Source of the DNA: an uncultured Eubacteriales bacterium
GTDB lineage: Bacteria > Bacillota > Clostridia > Oscillospirales > CAG-272
Reading direction: 5' to 3'
DNA: 30,584 nucleotides
Assembly (NCBI GenBank): GCA_902491355.1
Contig: CABUHM010000001.1
Coordinates: forward strand, 1 to 30,584
In this document: piece by piece, positions 1-8,964 of the stretch
Layout of the letters: every line of letters begins with the position of its first letter
Numbering within the stretch: the stretch's first letter is position 1
Program-made: the position numbers and the translations under genes
The notes under the pieces: generated by a model
Databases searched by the model: none
Seen by the model: the letters and a program-made list of their open reading frames with translations, nothing else
What the model was told of the DNA's origin: nothing

Positions 1-658
1 AGTCGTGCGCCAGATAGCGGAACGGGAAGCGATCCGCCACAACGATCTCGCCGCCGTTCGCAAACAGCGCGGCGTATTCGGCATCCAGTGCCCGCAGGCG
101 CTCGGCATATGCCGCCGCATTTGCGGTGTATGCCTCGGCATTTTGCGGGTCGGCGTTGCACATGGCGTCGCGGATCTGCTCCAAGATCAGGACGGCGTTT
201 TTAGGGGAGGTCCACACATGCTCGTCCAATTCCGGCTCGCTCCCGTCCCCGTCGTGCCCGTGCCCGGTCTGCATGCCGTCCACCGTTTCCTCCTCCAGGG
301 CGGTCACACAGTCGGTCATGCGCACCACAGTCAGGCGGTTCGAGGTCAGCGAGGACAGCACCGATTCCGTCCACGCCTCGGATTCGCCGCCCACGCACAA
401 AAACAGGTCGGCGTTTTCCATAGCGATGATGTCCTTCGGCGACGGCTCATAGGTGTGAACCTCCTCACCGGGCGAAAGCAGCATGGTCAGCTCGATACGG
501 TCGCCGCCGATCTGCCGCGCGAAATCGTAGGGCGGGAACACGGTGGTCACTATTTTCAGCTTGTCCGAGGCTTCCCGCGCCGCACAGCCCGTCAAAAGGG
601 GCAGAAAAAGGCAGAAAACCGCAACGGCGGCAAGCAGTGCGGTGCATTTGCGTTTCAT
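1..658 (-). CDS. Metal (Zn/Mn/Fe) ABC transporter substrate-binding lipoprotein, ZnuA/AdcA/TroA family; partial, runs off the window start
   Basis: Not in the ORF track because there is no stop in the window. Manual translation from ATG at 658 gives MKRKCTALLAAVAVFCLFLPLLTGC (lipobox LTGC), KLKIVTTVFPPYDFARQIGG, EVHTYEPSPKD, a short His/acidic loop GHGHDGDG and DEHVWTSPKNA, which are cluster A-I binding-protein motifs. Confidence 0.93.
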   Translation of the reverse strand, partial: MKRKCTALLAAVAVFCLFLPLLTGCAAREASDKLKIVTTVFPPYDFARQIGGDRIELTMLLSPGEEVHTYEPSPKDIIAMENADLFLCVGGESEAWTESVLSSLTSNRLTVVRMTDCVTALEEETVDGMQTGHGHDGDGSEPELDEHVWTSPKNAVLILEQIRDAMCNADPQNAEAYTANAAAYAERLRALDAEYAALFANGGEIVVADRFPFRYLAHD

Positions 659-686
659 ATTCTTCGGGTTCTTTCCGTTCTTGAAA

Positions 687-703
687 TTGATAATCGTTAT
701 CAA
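687..703. promoter_or_regulatory. Fur-family operator (Fur/Zur/PerR type) TTGATAATCGTTATCAA
   Basis: Perfect TTGATAA/TTATCAA inverted repeat. The core TGATAATCGTTATCA has one mismatch to the 7-1-7 Fur box TGATAATnATTATCA. It overlaps the predicted transcription start of the metal-binding protein gene. Confidence 0.8.
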
Positions 704-708
704 ATAGC

Positions 709-737
709 AGTATACCAAATAATTGCGCGCTTGTCAA
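709..737 (-). promoter_or_regulatory. SigA promoter of the metal ABC operon
   Basis: On the minus strand: TTGACA (737-732), 17 bp spacer, TATACT (714-709), with an extended -10 TG. Confidence 0.85.
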
Positions 738-774
738 GAGGAAAACGCATGATCGATCGGTTTTCTGCGTTTTT

Positions 775-803
775 CACGTTTGGCGGTATCCGTGCATAGG
801 ATA
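775..803 (+). promoter_or_regulatory. Putative mother-cell SigK-type promoter for the sleC locus
   Basis: CAC (775-777), 17 bp, CATAGGATA (795-803) fits AC-N16/17-CATAnnnTA. A second CATATGTTA lies at 858-866. The motifs are short and are supported mainly by the downstream gene content. Confidence 0.4.
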
Positions 804-884
804 ATGTTAGCAAAACGCCTTTTTGCCGCAGACTTCGTCTGCGGCGGGAGAGGCGGGCATATGTTAATTTGGGAGGAAAGTACC

Positions 885-1298
885 ATGGATACATCTCAGC
901 AGGAATACGGCACTCTGGTTGTGCGTGTGTATACGGCGGACAGCGCCATCCCGATCGAGGACGCGCTGGTGTACGTTTATGAAATGAAGAGCGGCGCAAC
1001 GGTGGCGATCCTCAAAACGGACCGAAACGGTCTGACGCGGGAATTGAGACTCCCTACGCCATCCACCGCCGCGTCGCAGCGTCCGGACGGCGGCGCGCCG
1101 TGCAGTCTGTACCGCATCCGCACCTCGAAGGACGGTTATTACTCCGTACAGGACATCAACGTGCCGGTCTATCCCAAAATCACATCGGTACAGCCGGTCG
1201 CCATGATCCCTCTGGAATACGGGAACAACGGTTCCTCGGACATTCAGAACCCGCCGGACGATGTGTTTTTTGACGAGAACCGTCAGCCCAATCTATAA
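885..1298 (+). CDS. Stand-alone SleC prodomain-like protein (carboxypeptidase-regulatory-like beta-sandwich), 137 aa
   Basis: RBS GGAGG precedes ATG 885. GTLVVRV..PIEDALVYVY..LKTDRNG..LRLPTP..S..P..P.S.Y...DGY resembles, from recall, the N-terminal prodomain of clostridial SleC. Confidence 0.75.
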   Translation: MDTSQQEYGTLVVRVYTADSAIPIEDALVYVYEMKSGATVAILKTDRNGLTRELRLPTPSTAASQRPDGGAPCSLYRIRTSKDGYYSVQDINVPVYPKITSVQPVAMIPLEYGNNGSSDIQNPPDDVFFDENRQPNL

Positions 1299-1313
1299 AA
1301 GGAGGTACCTGCC

Positions 1314-2717
1314 ATGCCGCAGACCCCGATTATCCCGAGAACCGTCACGGTGCATCTCGGCGCGCCGACTGCTGCCGCCGAAAACGTGACCGTTTCCTTT
1401 CCGGACTACATCAAAAACGTGGCGTCCAGTGAGATCTATCCCACATGGCCGGAAAACGCCCTCCGCGCCAATATCTACGCCCAGATCAGCTTCGCGCTCA
1501 ACCGCATCTACACCGAATACTACCGCAGCCGGGGCTACGATTTCGACATCACGAACAATACGGCATACGACCAGTATTTTGTGAAGGGCAGAGATATTTT
1601 TTCCAACATTTCGCAGATCGTGGACGAAATCTTCAATAATTACGTGCGGCGCGCGGGTACGGTGGAGCCGCTTTTCACCCAGTATTGCAACGGCACCACC
1701 TCGGTGTGCGACGGGCTGTCCCAGTGGGGGACCGTGCCGCTGGCGGAGCAGGGACTCAGTCCCCTGCAAATTTTACAGCGCTACTACGGCAACGACATCG
1801 AGCTTGTGACAAACGCGCCCATCCGCAATATCACGCCGTCCTATCCCGGCATTCCCCTGCGTCTGGGCAGTATCTCCAACGGCGTGACATTGGTGCAAAC
1901 CCGACTGAACCGCATCTCTCAGAATTATCCCCTCATTCCGAAGATCTATCCGGTGGACGGCATTTACGGGCAGGCAACCGAGGCGGCGGTTCGGGCGTTT
2001 CAACGGATATTTTCCTTAAGTGACGACGGGGTCGTGGGAAAAGCCACGTGGTACCGCATCATTTTCATTTTTGATGCCGTAAAGCGCTTAAACGAGCTGG
2101 ACTCCGAGGGCTTGGTCTATGAAGAAATCGCAGTGCCGCTCCCCGAATACATACAGGAGGGGGATACGGGGGACTATGTGCGGCAGATTCAGTTCTATCT
2201 GAATTACATCGGCAGATTTGTGGACACGGTGTCGCCCGTGGCACTGGACGGCATTTTCGGACCCGCCACAAGAGCCTCGGTGGAGGATTTTCAGCGAAGC
2301 TACGGCCTTGCCGTGGACGGCATCGTGGGGAGAGAAACGTATAATAAAATGGTGGATGTGTACCTGTCGCTCATCAATTCCCTGCCGCCCGACCGTTTTC
2401 AGAATGCCGCCGTCCCCTATCCCGGACAGCCGCTCCTGCTCGGCTCGGAGGGGGAGGACGTCACGGCGCTCCAGACCTATCTTCTCGCGCTTTCCGAGAT
2501 ATATTCGGAGATCCCCGCCGTGGAGGTGACAGGCGTATACGATGCGCAGACCGGTCAGGCGGTGCGCGCCGTACAGCGTTTGGCGGGTCTGCCCGAAACG
2601 GGCATTGCGGGCGCGCCCACATGGCTCGTCATTGCCGAGGCATACGACAATCTGCGCGCAGGGGTGTACGTCCTGCCCGAGCAGTTCCCCGGCTTTATTC
2701 TGAATACCGACTTATGA
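1314..2717 (+). CDS. sleC: Spore cortex-lytic enzyme SleC (SpoIID/LytB-like catalytic domain plus three peptidoglycan-binding domains), without an N-terminal prodomain
   Basis: Motifs VHLGAP, FPDYIKNVASSEIYPTWP, LNRIYTEYYRSRGYDFDIT, LSQWG, ILQRYYG. Three PG_binding_1-type repeats (VDGIYGQATEAAVRAFQ, LDGIFGPATRASVEDFQ, VTGVYDAQTGQAVRAVQ). RBS AAGGAGG. Confidence 0.88.
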   Translation: MPQTPIIPRTVTVHLGAPTAAAENVTVSFPDYIKNVASSEIYPTWPENALRANIYAQISFALNRIYTEYYRSRGYDFDITNNTAYDQYFVKGRDIFSNISQIVDEIFNNYVRRAGTVEPLFTQYCNGTTSVCDGLSQWGTVPLAEQGLSPLQILQRYYGNDIELVTNAPIRNITPSYPGIPLRLGSISNGVTLVQTRLNRISQNYPLIPKIYPVDGIYGQATEAAVRAFQRIFSLSDDGVVGKATWYRIIFIFDAVKRLNELDSEGLVYEEIAVPLPEYIQEGDTGDYVRQIQFYLNYIGRFVDTVSPVALDGIFGPATRASVEDFQRSYGLAVDGIVGRETYNKMVDVYLSLINSLPPDRFQNAAVPYPGQPLLLGSEGEDVTALQTYLLALSEIYSEIPAVEVTGVYDAQTGQAVRAVQRLAGLPETGIAGAPTWLVIAEAYDNLRAGVYVLPEQFPGFILNTDL

Positions 2718-2743
2718 TCACGCATGAAACGGGAGGAAAAACC

Positions 2744-3280
2744 ATGGCAAACGGCTCCATTCAAAGCGATCCGCGCAATTCCGTATATGCGGTGCAGAAC
2801 ATGCTTTTGGCAATTTCCCGCGTCGACGAGGCAGTCGCGCGGGTCAACCCCACGGGCGTATACGACGACGAAACGGCGTATTCCGTCCGCTCATATCAAC
2901 GCGCACGGGGACTGCCCGTGACCGGCGAAACCGATCAGACCACATTTGAGGTGATGTCCGAGGAATATCTGCTCCTGTTGCGGCAGATCGAGCGAAGCAC
3001 GGCGATCCTTCCGTTTGAGCGGGCGCTTGTCGGAGGGGTGCTCTCTCCCGGGGAGCGCCTTGATCTGGTGTTGATCCTTCAGGTGATATTGGACACCCTG
3101 TCGGCGGACATCGACGAGATCCTTGTGACCTCCATGGACGGCGAATATAATGAAGAAACACGAAAAAACGTCGAGACCTTCCAGCGTCTGCACGGGCTTC
3201 CCGTCACGGGCACGGTGGATCGCAGTACGTGGGATCGGCTGGCGGATTCCTATAATGCCAGTCCGAACCGCCGCTCCTGA
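2744..3280 (+). CDS. Protein with two peptidoglycan-binding (PG_binding_1) domains and no visible catalytic domain
   Basis: RBS GGAGG precedes ATG 2744 (alternative ATG 2714 overlaps the sleC stop). Repeats TGVYDDET..SVRSYQRARGLPVTGETD and DGEYNEET..NVETFQRLHGLPVTGTVDRSTW. Confidence 0.85.
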   Translation: MANGSIQSDPRNSVYAVQNMLLAISRVDEAVARVNPTGVYDDETAYSVRSYQRARGLPVTGETDQTTFEVMSEEYLLLLRQIERSTAILPFERALVGGVLSPGERLDLVLILQVILDTLSADIDEILVTSMDGEYNEETRKNVETFQRLHGLPVTGTVDRSTWDRLADSYNASPNRRS

Positions 3281-3396
3281 CCCGAACGGAAGCCCGCTGC
3301 GAAAAGAATTTGAAAAATCGTGAAATAATGAGATTTCGTTAGATTTTTGTGTGAAAAACCGACGCCACCGCATTTCATTTGCTCCGATTTTCTTTA

Positions 3397-3471
3397 TTTG
3401 ACTTTCTTTGACTTTGACTTTCCCTGACAAAAGAGGTATACTAAAGGCACAAAAGGTCAAGGAAAGTCAAA
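3397..3471 (+). promoter_or_regulatory. SigA promoter of the ctsR operon flanked by two CtsR operators
   Basis: -35 TTGACT 3414-3419, 17 bp, -10 TATACT 3437-3442. CtsR heptad direct repeats: AGTCAAA-GAA-AGTCAAA on the minus strand (3397-3413) and GGTCAAG-GAA-AGTCAAA on the plus strand (3455-3471). Confidence 0.9.
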
Positions 3472-3487
3472 CAAAGAGGTGTCTGAT

Positions 3488-3916
3488 ATGTTGATCAGCG
3501 ATGCGATTGCCAATATGATCGAGCAAATGCTCAACGAAGGGAACGGGCACATGGAGTTCCGCCGCAATGACCTTGCCGGTCAGCTCGGATGCGTTCCCAG
3601 CCAAATCAATTATGTCATTACCTCCCGCTTCACGCCGGAACGCGGTTACATTATTGAGAGCCGACGGGGCGGCGGCGGGTACGTCCGCATCACGAGGCGT
3701 GCCATGGACAAGAACACCTACCTCATGCACGTGCTCCAGTCCATCGGCGAGGAAATGGACGATGCGACCTGCGGCGCATATATCCGAAATTTGTTCGGTG
3801 AAGGGTATCTCACCAAGCGGGAAGCGCGGCTCTGCTCCGCACTGCTCTCATGCACCGAAGAAAAAAAGAAACGCGCCGACATGATGCGACAGATTATTCT
3901 GTCGGTCATGGAGTAA
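3488..3916 (+). CDS. ctsR: Class III heat-shock repressor CtsR
   Basis: CVPSQINYVITSRFTPERGYIIESRRGGGGYVRI, including the tetraglycine loop. ATG 3488 follows RBS GAGGTG. Confidence 0.96.
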   Translation: MLISDAIANMIEQMLNEGNGHMEFRRNDLAGQLGCVPSQINYVITSRFTPERGYIIESRRGGGGYVRITRRAMDKNTYLMHVLQSIGEEMDDATCGAYIRNLFGEGYLTKREARLCSALLSCTEEKKKRADMMRQIILSVME

Positions 3917-3950
3917 AATAGAAATCGGACAGAGAAAGGAAGTATGCTTT

Positions 3951-4487
3951 ATGCTATGCACCAATTGTAAAAAGAATCAGGCAACGGTTTATCTCAGCCA
4001 GAATATCAACGGAAAGAAGAGCGAACAGGCGCTTTGCCCCGCTTGCTACGAAAAGCTGAAGGCGTCCCGTGATTACATGGATTTCGGCAATTTGCTCGGT
4101 TCGCTGTTCACACCGAAGTCCCACAACGCATTGCGCGGCTCCACGGTCAAGGCATGCACCCTTTGCGGTTCGACGTGGCGTGACCTGCGGGAGAGCGGCA
4201 AGGTCGGCTGTGCCAAATGCTACGATGTGTTCCGTGACGAATTGGAGTCCACGGTGCAGTCCATTCACGGCAGAGCCGCACACGTGGGCAGACATCCTGC
4301 GGACAGGCTGACCGCCTCCGACACGGTAGACGCCAAGGAGGAAAAGAAAGAAGAAAAGGAAGAGAAGAAAAAGCTCTCTGCCCTGAAACGGGAAATGGAT
4401 CAGGCGGTGCGCGATCAGAACTTTGAAGAGGCGGCGCGCCTGCGGGATGAGATCCGCGAGCTGGAAAACGGAAAGGAAGGTCGGTGA
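3951..4487 (+). CDS. mcsA: McsA, activator of the protein arginine kinase
   Basis: Four CxxC motifs, GKVGCAKCY, HVGRHP, C-terminal UVR domain (FEEAARLRDEIRELE), canonical operon position. Confidence 0.95.
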   Translation: MLCTNCKKNQATVYLSQNINGKKSEQALCPACYEKLKASRDYMDFGNLLGSLFTPKSHNALRGSTVKACTLCGSTWRDLRESGKVGCAKCYDVFRDELESTVQSIHGRAAHVGRHPADRLTASDTVDAKEEKKEEKEEKKKLSALKREMDQAVRDQNFEEAARLRDEIRELENGKEGR

Positions 4488-5506
4488 GTGCTATGAAAAA
4501 CACTTGGTATAATACAAAGGGCGAAGAAAACGATGTGGCGGTAAGCTCCCGTGTCCGCTTTGCGCGGAATCTGGACTGCTATCCCTTTACGAACCGACTG
4601 GACGAGGCCTCGGCGCGGGAGATCGTGGAAAAAGTGGAAAACGCACTGGGAAGCAATTTCAGCTTCACGGATTTCCGCGAGATCGAGGCGCCGATGGCGC
4701 GTGCCTACATGGAACAGCATTTCGTGAGTCCGGAATTTGTGGGCGGCAGCTTGCCGCGTGCCTTGGCGCTTTCGGAGGACGGAAGCTGTTCGGTCATGAT
4801 CTGCGAGGAGGATCACATCCGTCAGCAGGTCATCCTGCCGGGTCTGGCGCTCAATGAAGCCTTCCGCCGCGCCTGCACGGTAGACGATCTGCTTTCGGCA
4901 AAGCTCCCCATCGCCTACGATCAGAAGCTCGGGTATCTCACCCAGTGCCCCACCAATCTCGGCAGCGGCATGCGCGCGTCGGTCATGCTCTTCCTGCCCG
5001 CTCTGCAAATGACGGGCAAGCTCCGCAGTGTGATGTCTCAGCTCCCCAAGCTGGGCGTGACCATCCGCGGTCTGTACGGCGAGGGCAGTGAAGCCGAAGG
5101 CGCTCTGTATCAGGTGTCCAATCAGGTCACCATGGGTCTGCCCGAGGAAGAGGTCATCGCAAAGCTGGAGGAAGTGATCCGTCAGATCATTTCTCTGGAG
5201 CGCAAGTCCAGAAACGAACTGCGCTCGGACAATGCGGATACCCTGCGTGACCGCATCATGCGTTCCTTCGGCACTCTGCACTATGCACAGTTGCTCTCCT
5301 CCTCGGAGTTCATGCGGCTGTTTGCCGATGTGCGACTGGGCATCGCGCTGGGCTACATTCAGAATTACAGCTACGAGCAACTGGGCGAATTGATGATCCG
5401 CGTCATGCCGGGCAACCTGACCGTGGAGGCAGGACGTCCCATGGAGGATGCGGAGCGGGACGCCTATCGCGCACAGACCGTGCGGCAGGCGGTGGCGGGT
5501 GTCTGA
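4484..5506 (+). CDS. mcsB: Protein arginine kinase McsB (start could be ATG 4493)
   Basis: SSRVRFARNL, CEEDHIR, LGYLTQCPTNLGSGMRASVML, RGLYGEGSE, YQVSNQVT; ATP:guanido phosphotransferase family. Confidence 0.96.
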   Translation: MSAMKNTWYNTKGEENDVAVSSRVRFARNLDCYPFTNRLDEASAREIVEKVENALGSNFSFTDFREIEAPMARAYMEQHFVSPEFVGGSLPRALALSEDGSCSVMICEEDHIRQQVILPGLALNEAFRRACTVDDLLSAKLPIAYDQKLGYLTQCPTNLGSGMRASVMLFLPALQMTGKLRSVMSQLPKLGVTIRGLYGEGSEAEGALYQVSNQVTMGLPEEEVIAKLEEVIRQIISLERKSRNELRSDNADTLRDRIMRSFGTLHYAQLLSSSEFMRLFADVRLGIALGYIQNYSYEQLGELMIRVMPGNLTVEAGRPMEDAERDAYRAQTVRQAVAGV

Positions 5507-5612
5507 GTGCCTGTCTCCCGCAACCGATAATTAAGATAAGATTACAAGCCGAAAGCCGTTCGGACAGCACACAAACAGCACAACGACGGCTTTCGTGAAA
5601 GGATGATGAATT

Positions 5613-8174
5613 ATGGCGAACAGATTGACACAAACCGCACAGAACGCACTGAACCGTTCCATGTATTATGCACGGGAGATGGGTCACACCTACATCGGCT
5701 CCGAGCACATTCTTTTGGGTCTGCTTGCCGAGGAGGACGGCGTGGCATCGCGTCTCCTGCAAAGACGCGGCGTGACCATGGAGCGCACTCGTGAACTGAT
5801 CGCGGATTTCGCGGGCGTGGGAAGCCGCACCGACGTCGGTCCGGGCGACATGACGCCCCGCACCAAGCATATCATCGAATCGTCCGCGCTGGAGGCGGCG
5901 CAGTACGGTCAGAATTATATCGGCACCGAGCATATCCTGCTTGCCCTTCTGGACGAGCCGGACTGCGTGGGCGTCAAGCTCCTGCGTCAGCAGAATGTCA
6001 ACGCGCCCGAGCTGACCGCCGACGTGCTCGACTTCTTCCGTGAGCTTTCGGGCGAGAGCGCACCCGAGGGCGCGCAAAAAGGCGCACAGGGCGGCGCACG
6101 GCAGAAGGTATCGGGCAATCTGGCAAGCTGTCCGACATTACAGCAGTACGGCAGAGATCTGACCCAGCTGGCAAAGGACGGAAAGATCGACCCCATCATC
6201 GGCAGAGAGACCGAGACCGAGCGGGTCATCCAGATCCTGTCCCGCCGTACCAAGAATAACCCGTGCCTGATCGGCGAGCCCGGTGTCGGTAAAACGGCAG
6301 TGGTCGAGGGTCTGGCACAGAAGATCGCCGAGGGCGCCGTTCCGGAAACACTGGCGGGAAAATCGGTGGTCACACTGGACATCTCGTCCATGATCGCCGG
6401 CGCAAAATACCGCGGCGAGTTTGAGGAGCGTATGAAGGGCGTGATGGCGGAGGTCGCCAAGAACCCGAACATTATCCTCTTCATCGATGAAATTCACACC
6501 ATCATCGGCGCGGGCGCCGCAGAGGGCGCCGTGGATGCCGCCAACATCATCAAGCCCGCACTGGCGCGCGGCGAGATGCAGGTCATCGGCGCCACGACCA
6601 TTGCGGAGTACCGCAAGCACATCGAAAAGGATGCGGCACTGGAGCGCAGATTCCAGTCGGTGACGGTGGGCGAGCCGACCCCCGACGAAGCCGAGCAGAT
6701 CCTGTTCGGTCTGCGCGACAAGTACGAGGCGCACCATAAGGTCAAGATCACGGACGAAGCCATCCGTGCGGCAGTCAAGCTCTCCGTGCGCTATATCTCG
6801 GACCGTTTCCTGCCCGACAAAGCCATTGACCTGGTAGACGAGGCGGCTTCGAGAAAGCGGATTCACTCCTTCACCTCTCCCGACACCGTAAAGACCGCCG
6901 AGGCGGAATGCAAGCGGATCGGCGCAGAGAAGGAAGCCGCCATCCGCGCACAGGAATTCGAGCGTGCCGCCGCCCTGCGCGATCAGGAAAAGACCGCGCG
7001 TGAGGCACTGGAGCGCGCCAAGAACGAATGGGAGCTGCATCGCGGCAAGGAGCAGATCTCCATCGGCGAGCAGGACATCGCGGAGATCGTGACCGCGTGG
7101 ACGGGCATCCCCGTGAACAAGCTGGCGGAGGAGGAGAGTGAAAAGCTCCTGCATCTGGACGAGGTTCTGCGGAGCCGCGTCATCGGGCAGGAGGAAGCGG
7201 TTTCCGCCGTCGCCCGTGCCATCCGCCGCGGACGCGCAGGCTTGAAGGATCCGAAGCGTCCCATGGGCTCCTTTATCTTCCTCGGACCTACGGGCGTAGG
7301 TAAAACCGAGCTTTCCAAGGCGCTTGCAAACGCCCTGTTCGGCGACGATAACGCCATGATCCGTGTAGACATGTCCGAGTATATGGAGAAGCACAGCGTG
7401 TCCAAGCTCATCGGTTCGCCTCCCGGCTACGTGGGCTTTGAAGAGGGCGGTCAGCTGACCGAAAAGATCAGACGCCATCCGTACTCCGTGGTGCTCTTCG
7501 ATGAGATCGAAAAGGCGCATCCCGACGTGTTCAATATCCTTCTGCAGATTCTGGAGGACGGTATCCTCACCGACTCTCAGGGTCGCCGCGTGGACTTTAA
7601 GAACACGGTCATCATCATGACCTCCAACGTCGGTGCGGCAAACATCCTGTCGGGCGGCAGCGGCTCCATGGGCTTCTCCATCGGCACCGAGGAGGAAAAG
7701 GAAACGGGCAGAGAGGAACAGTTGCGCACCCGCGTGATGAACAGCCTCAAGGAGACCTTCCGTCCCGAATTTCTGAACCGTGTGGACGAGATCATCGTGT
7801 TCCATAAGCTGACCGCGGAAAACATCCATGCCATCGCCGAGCTGATGCTCAACGAGGTGCGCGGCAGGATCGCCGCCCTCGGTATTGATATTACCTTCGA
7901 CCCGAAGGTGATCGATCTGGTGGCAAAGGAGGGCGTGGACGAGGTGTACGGCGCGCGTCCCCTGCGTCGGGAGATCCAGCGCAGGATCGAGGACAGCTTC
8001 TCCACCGAGCTTCTGGAGCATACCTTCTCGGCAGGCGATCATGTCGAGGCGGTTCTGAACGATGCCGGACAGATCGTGTACCGTAAGGTCGATGCCGCGT
8101 CGGACGCTTCCCCTCACACCGAGACAGCCGACGCACCGCAGACCGATGCCGGCACGGACGGCAAAGCCGAATAA
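5613..8174 (+). CDS. clpC: ATP-dependent Clp protease ATPase subunit ClpC
   Basis: Two Clp-N repeats, Walker A GEPGVGKT and [11 protein letters not shown] middle domain, MGF ClpP-docking loop, RPEFLNRVD. Confidence 0.97.
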   Translation: MANRLTQTAQNALNRSMYYAREMGHTYIGSEHILLGLLAEEDGVASRLLQRRGVTMERTRELIADFAGVGSRTDVGPGDMTPRTKHIIESSALEAAQYGQNYIGTEHILLALLDEPDCVGVKLLRQQNVNAPELTADVLDFFRELSGESAPEGAQKGAQGGARQKVSGNLASCPTLQQYGRDLTQLAKDGKIDPIIGRETETERVIQILSRRTKNNPCLIGEPGVGKTAVVEGLAQKIAEGAVPETLAGKSVVTLDISSMIAGAKYRGEFEERMKGVMAEVAKNPNIILFIDEIHTIIGAGAAEGAVDAANIIKPALARGEMQVIGATTIAEYRKHIEKDAALERRFQSVTVGEPTPDEAEQILFGLRDKYEAHHKVKITDEAIRAAVKLSVRYISDRFLPDKAIDLVDEAASRKRIHSFTSPDTVKTAEAECKRIGAEKEAAIRAQEFERAAALRDQEKTAREALERAKNEWELHRGKEQISIGEQDIAEIVTAWTGIPVNKLAEEESEKLLHLDEVLRSRVIGQEEAVSAVARAIRRGRAGLKDPKRPMGSFIFLGPTGVGKTELSKALANALFGDDNAMIRVDMSEYMEKHSVSKLIGSPPGYVGFEEGGQLTEKIRRHPYSVVLFDEIEKAHPDVFNILLQILEDGILTDSQGRRVDFKNTVIIMTSNVGAANILSGGSGSMGFSIGTEEEKETGREEQLRTRVMNSLKETFRPEFLNRVDEIIVFHKLTAENIHAIAELMLNEVRGRIAALGIDITFDPKVIDLVAKEGVDEVYGARPLRREIQRRIEDSFSTELLEHTFSAGDHVEAVLNDAGQIVYRKVDAASDASPHTETADAPQTDAGTDGKAE

Positions 8175-8183
8175 TACGCACAC

Positions 8184-8224
8184 AGATCCGGACAGCCCCG
8201 CACGGGGATGTCCGGATCTTTTTT
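8184..8224 (+). terminator. Intrinsic terminator of the ctsR-clpC operon
   Basis: AGATCCGGACA-G-CCCCG / CGGGG-A-TGTCCGGATCT stem followed by TTTTT. Confidence 0.88.
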
Positions 8225-8297
8225 GTTACTGCGATCCCGCGTTCCTGCGCTTTGTCGAAAACGGCGGGCGAATCTCGCAACAATTCACGGTCAGGGC

Positions 8298-8326
8298 TTG
8301 ACTTGGACACAAAAACATATTATAAT
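8298..8326 (+). promoter_or_regulatory. SigA promoter upstream of pgsA
   Basis: TTGACT 8298-8303, 17 bp spacer, TATAAT 8321-8326. Confidence 0.85.
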
Positions 8327-8377
8327 GTAGTGTGAGTATGTGTCCCTGTACGGACCTTCGGAAAGGACCCCCGAAAC

Positions 8378-8956
8378 ATGAATCTTCCCAATAAACTGAC
8401 TGTAATCCGTTTTTTCATGATCCCGCTGTGCATGGCGTGCATCCTGTTCCCCATCGGAGAGGCCGATATCCTATGGAGGCTTCTGGCAGCCGCCGTATTC
8501 GGCATCGCCTCCCTGACCGACTACATCGACGGTCACATCGCACGGAAATACGGTCTGATCACCGATCTCGGAAAATTTCTCGACCCGCTTGCCGACAAGC
8601 TTTTGGTATTCGGCGTTTTCATCGCCCTGACCGTGAAGTATCAGAGCGATCCCGTGTTCAGCGTGGTTTTCGTGTGGGTCATTTTCATCGTGATCCTGCG
8701 TGAATTCACGGTTACATCCCTGCGCATGATCTGTGCGCAGAAGGCAGGCGCCGTGCTGGCGGCACGTTGGCTCGGCAAGTGCAAAACGGTGTCCCAGATG
8801 GTCTGCATTTTCATATTGCTCCTGGAGGATCTGTTCCCCTTCGGGTCTTATCACATTCTGAGCTATGTGTCCCTTGCCGTTGTGGTGGTTCTCACCGTGT
8901 GGTCGGGGCTGGACTATCTGCATCTGTATCTGCCCCTTTTGGATCGGGAAGCGTGA
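8378..8956 (+). CDS. pgsA: CDP-diacylglycerol--glycerol-3-phosphate 3-phosphatidyltransferase
   Basis: MNLPNKLTVIR start; CDP-alcohol phosphotransferase motif DYIDGHIARKYGLITDLGKFLDPLADK; several transmembrane segments. Confidence 0.96.
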   Translation: MNLPNKLTVIRFFMIPLCMACILFPIGEADILWRLLAAAVFGIASLTDYIDGHIARKYGLITDLGKFLDPLADKLLVFGVFIALTVKYQSDPVFSVVFVWVIFIVILREFTVTSLRMICAQKAGAVLAARWLGKCKTVSQMVCIFILLLEDLFPFGSYHILSYVSLAVVVVLTVWSGLDYLHLYLPLLDREA

Positions 8957-8964
8957 GGCGTCGT

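Noticed and set aside
5..799. 264-aa plus-strand ORF
   Set aside because: Antisense shadow of the minus-strand metal-binding lipoprotein gene; no recognisable motifs.
3313..3348. AT-rich imperfect inverted repeat between the sleC locus and ctsR
   Set aside because: Weak, bulged A/T stem; cannot be distinguished from background or assigned as a terminator or operator.
6138..8183. 681-aa minus-strand ORF
   Set aside because: Antisense to clpC. Long stop-free reverse frames are expected with GC-rich codon usage.
8253..8259. Spo0A box TGTCGAA upstream of the pgsA promoter (another at 22554-22560)
   Set aside because: Isolated 7-mers are expected by chance in 30 kb.
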